DNA of 64,000 nucleotides. It comes from Azolla caroliniana. Lineage: Eukaryota > Plantae > Polypodiophyta. Of this stretch, positions 38,039 through 49,139 are shown piece after piece. The position numbers and the translations under genes were made by a program. The notes under the pieces were generated by a model. It was not told where the DNA came from. It worked only from the letters and a program-made list of their open reading frames with translations, and searched no databases. The stretch covers positions 11,222,001 through 11,286,000 of the forward strand of contig JBHGNT010000017.1 of the NCBI GenBank assembly GCA_043228905.1, written 5' to 3'. Each line of letters starts with the position of its first letter. The first letter of the stretch is position 1.

Positions 38039-39015
38039 AGTCTAAAGGGTTTGATTCTATTGCTCGTAAGGCCAATGGCAGTGTGGATACTGTTGATGTT
38101 GTGGCATGTTTAAAGGGCCCCATCTTGAAAGTAGATGTAGCAACTGACACAAGTGATCTGGTCACACAAGTTGATCAAGCATGTAGCACGGATGACTTGG
38201 TGTTGCAGGTAGATGCAGCATGTGATACCAGTGGACTGATATCGAGCAGATCAGTAACTACATGCACCGAGGTAATCCAAGGATTGATAACTAAGTCGAC
38301 AAAACAAGAGCACCAGAATGTGAAGCCAGGCCCAACACAGTCGACTAGGGGTTTGAAGAGGAAAAGGACGCCAGTTGTGTCGACTGAACTTGAGCTGATT
38401 GAGATTGATCGTATCCTACCAGAAAATGGTGTAACAACGGCTCAGTTTCAGGAATGGAAACCTAAACCACTAGAAGTCGAAAGAAGAGCCTTGATCTTGG
38501 AGCTTAATAAAGTCTTGATGAGTGTGAGATATATGCAGCCAAGGAGGGACGCGAATAAGTTTCTAGAGTGGGTTGTGCAATACTTTGATTTGTTTATTTG
38601 GAGTGAAAAACCAAAATCAGATGTGTGGAAGTGTTTGGCAAGATTCTTCCCAAAATGGCGAAGTCGTTTTAAAGGTCAATGGGCACGAGAAAATTGTGAG
38701 CAAATGGAAGCTGCAAGATTCAAGAGACTTTCTGATTTTTGGGCTACTTGGCCTGAATATAATGCCGACAATACATTGATTTTGGATACAGAACATTTCC
38801 GGCACTACTTCAATATTCGGAGATGCTGTCTCATTCTACCCGAGGAAATGCCTGAACAGTACCTGGTGCAAACAGTGAGCTGCCAACTAGGTGCATGGTT
38901 GTGGACTCCATACCGAGCTCGATATGCGGATAATATATGTAGACTCATTCCACTGACTAGCAAGAGCTTAGCTGTTTATAGGAGATTTGTAGACATTTCC
39001 AATGGTAATTTATAA
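38039..39015 (+). CDS. FCP1/NIF (HAD) phosphatase-like ORF with degenerate catalytic residues; probable terminal exon
   Basis: LILELNKVL (canonical LVLDLD/DLNG), RRDANKFLEWVVQYFDLFIWS, KRLSDFW, NTLILDT (canonical NTLLIDD); phase-1 AG acceptor at 38037-38038. Confidence 0.7.
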
Positions 39016-39362
39016 ATATGTAAAGAGATGACATTATTAAATGAAGAATTTAATTACTTGTTCCCACTGTACTTATCTACTGTGTAATTTGAGGAATATG
39101 TTGCAGATTGTTGATTTCATGCTATTGATGACTATTTAGCTATTGACAGCTAATTAGCTGCATTTGTACAGCTAATTAGCTACTGATGACTATTTCGCTA
39201 TAACTTATAACTTAAAACTTCACAAAAAAGACATGATTTTATTGAGAAAGAAGCACAGAAAGCAGACTGTATACAAGAAATTGATTCCAAACGAATTTAT
39301 TTAACTGTTTTCGCGAAATACATGTTTGTTTTACAAGCGAACATGGTAAGTGCTACTTGTAG

Positions 39363-42300
39363 CTACAAATTCCATGGCATACTATTGTAAATACATTCAT
39401 ACACATTAGCACCAACAGTGTATAAACCGGAGCAGCTATTGTATTCTGACATTGGGACGTTGATGCACCTAACCAAATGAGAGTACATGTACGTCGCTGG
39501 TTTGTCTTCTAACAGCCTGTACACATATTCGTAGTCATCTAGTTTTGCATAAAAAATGCCTTCGATGTAGAATGTCCCGGCAAATACAAAATTTCCCCAT
39601 GCAGCTACAATATTCTGCCTTGCACACTGTTTACTAACCGTGCACTTTAATATATAGAAATCAGCACTCTCTGAATTGCCTTCTTCAGCATTTACAACGA
39701 AGTTATCCCCAACGTTCAGGACATCACTCAAAGTATCTCCAAGTCCCTCATATGTGAAGTCAACATTTTGCCCTGTTTCTCCATCAACTGCTTCCTTATC
39801 ATTCAGAGTGTGATACTCCCAATTCTGAATGTATGCTTTGTTTAGACAATATCTCCAATTTCCCTGCACACAATGGAAGCAAAAACAAGTCAATTCTCTA
39901 ACCGCAATACAATGACCATCCAATCTGGAATAACCGCGAACAGCATGCAGAGATCGCAATTCGGGAATTCCTTGGCACTCCCAGATCTTCTCCCTATTTA
40001 CTTCATCTATCTTCACGTCCCAAAATTCACGTTTGATATCTCGGACTTGCGAGGAATAAACACCTGTGGCACTCGTTGACATATTTGTTCTTAAAAATTC
40101 AACTACATGTGATGCACAATTCATGTGCACACCATCTATCTTTAGTTGTTCATGGGTAAGTGCCCGCTTTATAACAGCCCCTGCACCATCATGTTCACCT
40201 TTACCATGGCCAGACCCAAAAATATTCCATCTCATCTCCAAACCTGTTATAGCAGGATACCCCCCCACAAAATAAAATGGACGTCGAGCCTTGAATTGTG
40301 ATGCAGCTCCGTCAGACCAGACCCAATGTTGAGTAAGCTCCAAACGTTGAGCTAATAACCACTGCCAATGTAACTTAAAACAGTGTTGGGCAAACAAGGT
40401 ATCATGCTTCTTATCATCGGAAATAAAGAAATGAATTACATTTTGAACATCACCTGAAACTCGAAAATATGTTATGTGCACAAAAATGGTTACCTGAACT
40501 GAACACCAATGCATAGATTGAATTTCATTCTACTGCTTGAAAGTATAATTCTCTGCGAAATCTACTACTGAGACTACTACATCATTTGGGAAATCAGATA
40601 TGCAAGTCTTAAACTGATGGGCCTGCCATGAATAAATGAAGTTGTGTTTAATGAACTTTCCTAGAGATACTACAAACAGAGACACCAAATCCCTTGGTTT
40701 AAGCATCTTCCGAACTAGATCCTTTCTTTTACACACCTTTCCTTCGAAATTGGTGTTCACTGACTCAAATAACTTCACAGAGATCAATATTTCACTACTC
40801 AATTCATTTGGACACCACCTAAATCTAGTAGGGCCACAATCTTGACATAAACCCATGACACATTTATGAATATGGAAGATAGCGTCAGTTTCGCTTGGAC
40901 ACAATATTGAATCTAATAAATAACTCATGGAAGAGATAACGTGCTCAAATGATTTACACTCCTCTTGCAGGCTTGATCGACCGATTGGGCACCCACATGT
41001 GCAAACTGTATTAGTTAGGGATGCGCTATGGTGACGTAGTAGATTAACAGAGTCCTTCAGAAAACCCATCTGTACATGGTAAATGCAACAACATGTGTAT
41101 CGATCCTTTAAGCGTCTCACAAAGTGTGGCTTAAGAGACTCGAATGTTCGTAGTTGAACTTTGATAGTTGGATGCATTCGTTTGAACCTAATAAATAAAT
41201 CGACCTGCGTAATAAAGGGGAATTAGTTATTCTCGTAACTAGCTAACTATCCTAGTAGCTAATTAGCTATTCTAGTAGCTAATTAGCTATCATGGTAGCT
41301 AATTAGCTGTCCTAGTAGCTAATTAGCTAACATGGTAGCTAATTAGTTGTCGTAGTAGCTAATTAGCTATCATGGTAGCTAATTAGCTGCTCTAGTAGCT
41401 AATTAGCTATCATGGTGGCTAATTAGCTATCATGGTGGCTAATTAGCTTTCGTAGTAACTAATTAGCTATCATGGTAGCTAATTAGCTGGTCTAGTAGCT
41501 AATTAGCTATCATGGTAGCGAATTAGCGGGTCTAGTAGCTAATTAGCTATCATGGTGGCTAATTAGTTGTTCTAGTAACTAATTAGCTATCATGGTAGCT
41601 AATTAGCTAGTCTAGTAGCTAATTAGCTATCATGGTAGCTAATTAGCTATAATGGTGGCTAATTAGCTGTCCTAACTAATTAGCTATCATGGTAGCAAAT
41701 TAGTTGGTCTAGTAGCTAATTAGCTATCACGGTGGCTAATTAGCTATCCTAGTAAGCTAATTAGCTATCATGGTAGCTAATTAGCTTTCCTAGTAGCTAA
41801 TTAGCTGGTAATAACGAAATAGCAAACTAGCTACCAGTACAACTAATTATCTGGTAGTACCTAAATTAGCTATTGAGAATAGCTCATTAGCTATCATGGT
41901 AGTAGCTATTGAGAGTAGCGAGTTACCTATGTAGCTATCCTAGTAGCTAACTGAGGTAAATGTAACTGATAAGCTAATTAGCTTTTCTGCTAACTGAGCT
42001 AATTAACTTTCCGAGTAGAGTCAAAACAAATGTTGAGATAAATGTAAATACCTAAGGTACATCAAGAAGATGAATGGGATGCTCCTCGTATTGATTTCTT
42101 CCAACACGTTTCCTACATAAATCCTTTTTATTGGGTGAAACCCTACTCTCATTAGTCCAAAACATTATGATTACATCCTTGATTTCAAATGTTATGGGTG
42201 TCATTGGCTTACATCTTGTAGTTAGCTTTAGTAGACTAGTTCCTTCACCCGAGGAAATTATACGGTTCATTGTATTGTACACTGTTTTTCTACTAACACC

Positions 42301-42801
42301 AATTACCTTAGATAGCTCACTGATGTTTATATCGTCAACATCACTATTAAGTAACATCATTAGACTAGACCTTTTTAAGACAAGATCATCTTCTGACCTG
42401 CTCATGGATACGAAACTATTACGAAGATTATTTAATAAAATAGATGATACGTTTGCATTAAGACCATCACAATCAACTAAGTCCTTTATCGATGGATCAT
42501 TACATATTCCATAAAGTACTACCTTCTTTTCTTCATTGCTGATGTGCTTGGTTTGAACATTGAAATAGTCTACAACCTTTCTCTCTATGATGGTAGTCAC
42601 ATTACTTACATTCTCAGCTAAACTATCCTTACCTTTACTGAGTGTGGCTTTCGTATCCTTCAACAATTGACGATGTTTCCTTTTTTTTTTTGCCCAATAG
42701 TTTCGTATGGCTTGTTGTGTCCTGATAGCATCATCCCTATCCTTATGATCATTGAGGGGTAATTCTAAACACCCTTCTTCCCCTTCCATTTGGCTGGACA
42801 T
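39363..42801 (-). pseudogene. Sola2-type transposase, 2 exons (42801-42052, 41204-39363), about 863 aa, with two premature TAG stops
   Basis: VVDFAENY...EIQSMHW, FFISDDKKHD, WSDGAASQFK, GHGKGEHDGAG; GT-AG phase-0 intron at 41205-42051. Confidence 0.85.
41220..42010. repeat. Array of the palindrome TAGCTAATTAGCTA in the transposase intron
   Basis: About 20-bp period with alternating tcatgg and tcctag/tctag linkers. Confidence 0.95.
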
Positions 42802-43137
42802 GTTAAAACCCTAAATTTCCAAAAAAAAAAACAAGTATTAAAGATGGCTATGGGCAACAACAATACACAAAAATATTCCACAATACACAAGATTAGACAC
42901 AACGATACACAAGATAATCAATAGACAGAAAAGTTATTGCAATCCAAGACCGAACAGTAGAGGATTTCACTCCGTTGGATCGAACAGTTGAGGAGGCGAT
43001 CCAAGACCGACCAATGGTTACAACTGAGTGTAGAATGTTGCCGTTGGATGAGTGAACTCCGTCAAATCGAAATGTGGAAGCAATCCGGGACTAGACAGTA
43101 GCGGCAACTGAGTATAGAATGATGGCAATGGAGGAGA

Positions 43138-43619
43138 CAACCCCGTCAGATTGAACAGTTACCGATGATGCTTGGAACGCATAGTAGCGGCCCCTGAGTG
43201 AGAGTGGCAAAGAGAAGATAACCCCGTCAGATTGAATAGCTCTTTGATGATGCTTGGAACGCATAGTAGCGGCCCCTGAGTGTAGAGTGGCAAAGAGAAG
43301 AGAACCCCGTCAGATTGAACAGCTCTTTGATGATGCTTGGAACGCACAGTAGCGGCCCCTGAGTGTAGAGTGGCACAGAGAAGAGAACCCCGTCAGATTG
43401 AACAGCTCTTTGATGATGCTTGGAACGCACAGTAGCGGCCCCTGAGTGTAGAGTGGCACAGAGAAGAGAACCCCGTCAGATTGAACAGCTCTTTGATGAT
43501 GCTTGGAATGCACAGTAGTGGCCCCTGAGTGTAGAGTGTCACAGAGAAGAGAACCCCGTCAGATTGAGCAGCTCTTTGATGATGCTTGGAACGCACAGTA
43601 GCGGCCCCTTAGTGTAGAC
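43138..43619. repeat. 83-bp tandem repeat, about 6 copies, upstream of the transposase
   Basis: ccccgtcaga at 43141, 43222, 43305, 43388, 43471 and 43554. Confidence 0.93.
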
Positions 43620-44141
43620 TCAGTGGCGGCAGGTGGACTCGATAGGGTTTAGCAACAGTGGTAGCAACTAACCCACAATACTCAACTAGAGATGGCCTAC
43701 GTGATGTGGCAAAGGATCATGCATAATTTATGGTACACATTTATGGTGCACACATCAATTTATGTTGCACATTTATGGCACTCATTTACATATGTAATTA
43801 AAACACTCTAGTATTTTTAATGGTAGTTTTTTGCATACTTAATTTATTAATGATGGCTTTTTACTAAAATGACTATTTATCAATGGTAGCTTTTTGCATA
43901 GCTAATTAGCTATGCCAAGGACATAGCTAATTGTTTCCACTCGCATGCTTTCACCCATATACATACATTATACCCATTTATACATGCATACTGACTAAAC
44001 ATGAATATATATTATCATATGTAGATATGTACATACACATACATAAACACAAATATGTAAATGCATACATGCATAAAAATTACATATTACATATCATATA
44101 ATCCATTCATATTACACAATATACAAATTGACATACACATA

Positions 44142-45225
44142 CAGTAAATATTCGGTTAAGTGCGCACTTTGAATGCAAGGTAAAAGTGTGCACTTAATCG
44201 AGTTGCGCATTTAGGGTTTTTTTAGTAAAAAAAAAAAAGAATCCCAATTTTTTTTCTGTTGTAATTCTGAGAAACCATAGCCCAAACAACCATCGCTCAG
44301 ACCCTCCATACTGTTGTAATGTCTCAGATATGTACATATTTTCTTTTGTATGTCTATTTTTTGGTTTCTTTTTTGGTTTCTATGTTTGTTTTTTGATGTT
44401 TATGCCTATTGTTTGATGTCTATGGAGATTGTGTGAGATGTCTATGTTTGTTTTTTGGTGTCTATGGAGATTGTGCATGATGTGTATGTCTGATATGGTA
44501 TGTGGCCTATGCGAAATGATCCACATACTTGGTTGAGATAGTGTAAAAAAATGCCCAAAAGTAGGGATATGAATCCACATAATGTTAATCGATCAATAGC
44601 TATTAATCGATTAATAACTTTTCCTCCACATAATAAGCCATTCATCGATTAATTGATTAATAGTTTTTCTTCACATAATAAGCCATTAATCGATTAATAG
44701 CTTTTCCTCCACATAATATGCCATTAATCGATTAATTGCTTTCCCTTCATGTAATAAGCCATTAATCGATTAACTCTACATAATAAGCCATTAATCGATT
44801 ATTTGATTAATAGCTTTTCCTTCATGTAAGTCCACATAATAAGCTATTAATTGACTAATCGATTAATACATTTCCCATAATAGACCCAAGCTTGCACCCG
44901 ATTTAGTTTTTTTGAATACGTATCTTGCTGCAAAGCAAAGTTTCCATGAAATTAGTTCAAGATTGTATTCATCATATCTTGCTCAGCCTATTTAGTAGAC
45001 AAATGGCCCACATCATTTTGGTATGAATTGCAAAAGAACTACAAATCTTGTTTTTATTGATCATTTTGTTGTTTTTTGAATGATTAGAGCATAGTTTCAA
45101 ATTGGTTTGATATATTTTGTCATAAAACAATGTAAATTTTTTGAACAAGATTTTGACATCTATGAAAAGCGCACTTAATAGAATGATACACTTAATTGGG
45201 CACGCACTTAACCGAATGGTTATTG
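44142..45225. mobile_element. Non-autonomous Tc1/mariner (pogo-like) element, 1084 bp
   Basis: Imperfect 23-bp TIRs CA(G/A)TAA..ATTCGGTTAAGTGCG flanked by TA at both ends; internal ATTAATCGATTAAT array at 44585-44870. Confidence 0.75.
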
Positions 45226-47383
45226 TACATACATTGCGTTACATATATATATATTACATATGTACATACATATTCCACATATCGCAATATATATATATAG
45301 GTTATATGGAACCATACAACCTACAATACTTACATATATACATACATACACACACACACATCGGATATATGATTGCATATTATGTACATATTGAAAATAT
45401 AAATCCATATACGATCCATACACATACTAGACATGAAAATATCCCAAAAATATACATACATAAATACATTACATATATACACATACGTACATTATTATAT
45501 TCATTCATAGATTGCTACACATATATACGTACATACATACACACACATCGGATATATGACTGCATATTACGTACATATTGAAAACATAAATCTATATACT
45601 ATCCATACACATACTAGACATGAAAATATCCCAAAAATATACATACATAAATACATTACATATATGTACACATATGTTCATTCATTCATAGATTGCTACA
45701 CATATATACATACTTACATACACACACATCGGATATATGACTGCATATTACGTACATATTGAAAACATAAATCCATATACGATCCATACACATTCTAGAC
45801 ATGAAAATATCCCAAAAATAATACATTACATATATACACATACGTACATTCATACATGTACATACATATCTTCATTCATAGATTGCTACATATATATACG
45901 TACATATGCCTACAATGTTACATATACAAATTTTACAAACATACATGCATTACATATGTACATACATATCACCACATGCACGAACATAGACACACACATG
46001 GTCATACACACTATAATAGTACATAAATGCATACACATACATACATTAGATATATACATACATATTATGCACATATTATACACACACATCGAGACACATT
46101 AAATCATGTGCATTGACACATGCATATATGCATACAAGTACATACATACATATTCCACATATCACTATATATATAGGTCATACAGGGTCATAAAAGTTAC
46201 AATACTTTCATATACACACATATTAGATATATGTATGCTTACACATACATTGGATATATGCATGCATATTATGTGATATTGCAAACATACATCCATATAT
46301 GAGCCATAAACATACGAAACGCGATAAATACACCGAAAATATACATACATAAATAAATTACATATTACATGTATACACATATATGCATTCGTACATGGAC
46401 ATACATATATTCATTCATACACTGCTACACGTGTATAGGTACACATGCCGACAATGATACTTGTATAAATGTTACCAACTTACATCCATACATGTACATA
46501 CATACGATACAATATTTACATACATACACACATACATACGTGCATATGTGTATATATGTATGTGGTGTGTGTTGTATGTGTGTATGTATATATTGTATTG
46601 TATGCATGAATAGACACACATGACACATACACATGTGCCATACATACGATACATACAAATGGACATGTAAAGAATATATATACACACACATGCCATACAT
46701 ACGATACATTGAACACATGCAATACAATACAATATGTACATACACACACATACATATATACACTTGCAATACAATACATACATATGTACATCAATAGAAA
46801 ATACTCACACACACACACACATAACACATACATACATAGCCACATGATATATATACAATGTACATAATACATACATACATACGTAGAAATATAGAACACA
46901 CACACACATATAGCACATACATACGTACACAGATGTGATACACACATACATACACACATATAACACATACGTGCATGGACACATGCCATACATACAATAC
47001 ATACATATGCACCTATATAGAACATACACACACATAGCACATAGATACATTATACATAGTCACATGCCATACATGCAACACAATACAATATGTACATACA
47101 TACACATGCACACATGCCATACATACAACACATGCAACACAATACAATATGTACATGCATACACATGCACACATGCCATACATACAATGCACATATACAA
47201 TAATGCAATTAATACAAAATGATACAACACAATAAAATGCAATACAACATGTACATACATGCATATATACATCAATACATACACACAACACATAAATATA
47301 TATACATAGTCACATGCCATACATACAACACATGCAACACAATACAATATGTACATACATACACATGCACACATGCCATACAT

Positions 47384-47422
<39 letters not shown>
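45226..47422. repeat. TA/CA-rich low-complexity tract with about 181-187-bp higher-order repeats, ending in (GA)n
   Basis: catcggatatat at about 45359, 45546 and 45727; (GA)n at 47388-47422. Confidence 0.85.
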
Positions 47423-47426
<4 letters not shown>

Positions 47427-47689
47427 CAAAGTTCGGAGATGTTGGAGAAGGGCAAACACTAATTTTGATGTATCTTCTTGCTATGGTGTCTGTTTGCTTT
47501 GTTCTTTACCTCGTTTCGAAGCCTGCACATAGAGCTTTCTAAAGAGTATCTGCACGTATCATTTGGAGGTCTTGGTAGAATGTTACGAGTAAAAATTCCA
47601 TTCGACTGCATGCATCTCATGATCGCTTGCTTTGATTCCTTCTCCAACACAATTACTTGTAAGTGAACTCTCTCCTATTTCTTGTCATA

Positions 47690-49044
47690 TGGATGGTAGT
47701 GTTTTCATGAATATGGATGAGTCTCCAAATTCTTCAAAGGATGCATGCATGGTTGAGTCAGTATCAAGCCCAAGAGGGGATGGTAAAAGAAAACGATGTA
47801 TTGGAGATAATAGTAATGACATGTCTTATGCTGATGCAATGCGACAAGATGATATTGAGAAAGATGATAGTCATTGGGAACATTTAAGATGCATGGCAAA
47901 TATATTAATGGAAGATTCTATAAGGGAGAATGTGAAAGTTGCTGAGGAGTTTGTTGACGATGAAGTGGCTAAGGTAGAAATAGACAATAAGTAGTTTTTG
48001 GGCTCATTTGCTAATTTTTGTGATAAAGGGGTCATATTGTTTTTCACGGGAAAGATACCTTTCCTTTGGAGGGTCAAACAATGGTTACGTGGGATTTTAC
48101 AAGTTGATTGTGTTCAAGATGTTTATGCTGGTCCTCGTGGATTTTATGAGGTTGTTTTGGTATCACAAGAGTATAAAGAGAAATTACTCAATAAATTGCC
48201 AGTTTTTTATGAGAAAAGTTTGGTTCATATTGTTCCGTGGAGACCATTAGTGGAATATCAAGATATATTAAAGCAAGAGTGTCCCGTATGGGTTGAGGTA
48301 GAGTGCACATATTCAGTGGTTTGGCCAATATTACGGTCAACGATGGAAAAGTTGGGAAAGATCCTGGTGCCTCCTAGTGCTAATGCTCAAAATCGATATC
48401 GGATGTGTATTCTTTGGAATACTACTATAAAGAGGCCAAGTTGTTTACAGATTGCATGTTCTGGTATGCCACCTATGTATTTTCGGCTTAAATGGGGTAC
48501 ATTTGCAGGACATTGTTTCCATTGTGGTGTGTTGGGGCATTTTATGGCTGAATGTCCTCAAAAAAGAAATAATATAGTGGAAGTGGTACATGAAGAGCCT
48601 ACAACTCATGATCAGATTCAAGATTTGACAATTTCAGAGCAAACAAAGGAACCACAAACTGTGAATGAGAAGGATGGAAAGACTCTAGAGGATGAAGGAC
48701 AATGGTCAATAGTTTCTGGAAAGATGAAGAAGTCTAATAAAAATGTTGGGCATAATGTATCTATGGAGAAGGTCATACCGACACATCCCATGCGAAATAA
48801 ACCATGGGCTCGTCAAGAGGACTATCCAAAGAAATTATCTTTTGATAATAAAGGTAATTTGTATGTTCCTTGGAATAAACGGAAATCGGTGCCTCGTTCA
48901 CATGAGGAGCCATCGGGGTTTGGAGTTTTGTATTCCCATAGTAATTCATATGCAATCTTAGGGGATTTATTTCGGGATATGGCAAAAACATTAGCAGTGA
49001 AGGAGAAGGAGATTTCTCGAATAAAACGAAAAAATAAAGTATGA
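47690..49044 (+). pseudogene. LINE C ORF1 with CCHC knuckle (one internal stop)
   Basis: CPVWVEV...FRLKWGTFAGHCFHCGVLGHFMAECP. Confidence 0.85.
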
Positions 49045-49139
49045 AGATCACCACATGGAATGTGAGAGGATTGTGTTCTAGATTTAGAATGCATGAGGTT
49101 TGGAGGATTGTGTTAAGTGAGCAATGGGATGTTTTATGT

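Larger units (their letters stand above)
34010..43956 (-). mobile_element. Sola2-type DNA transposon (9947 bp) with cargo genes
   Basis: 25-bp TIRs GGGT(A/G)AAAGCATGCGAGTGGAAACA at 34010-34034 and 43932-43956; 4-bp TSD ATAT at 34006-34009 and 43957-43960; GRG termini; DDD transposase motifs. Confidence 0.85.

Noticed and set aside
40530-42054. Programmed read-through or U-to-C editing of the transposase stops
   Set aside because: This is a nuclear TE; methylation-driven C-to-T decay is the simpler explanation.
43159-43596. Four near-identical 62-67 aa ORFs
   Set aside because: By-product of the 83-bp repeat, whose period is not a multiple of 3.
36418-43619. CRISPR-like appearance of the palindromic and 83-bp arrays
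   Set aside because: Linkers are short and recurrent rather than unique spacers, there are no cas genes, and the context is a eukaryotic TE.
45141-47542. Many Cys/Tyr/His/Met-rich ORFs
   Set aside because: Translations of TA/CA low-complexity DNA.
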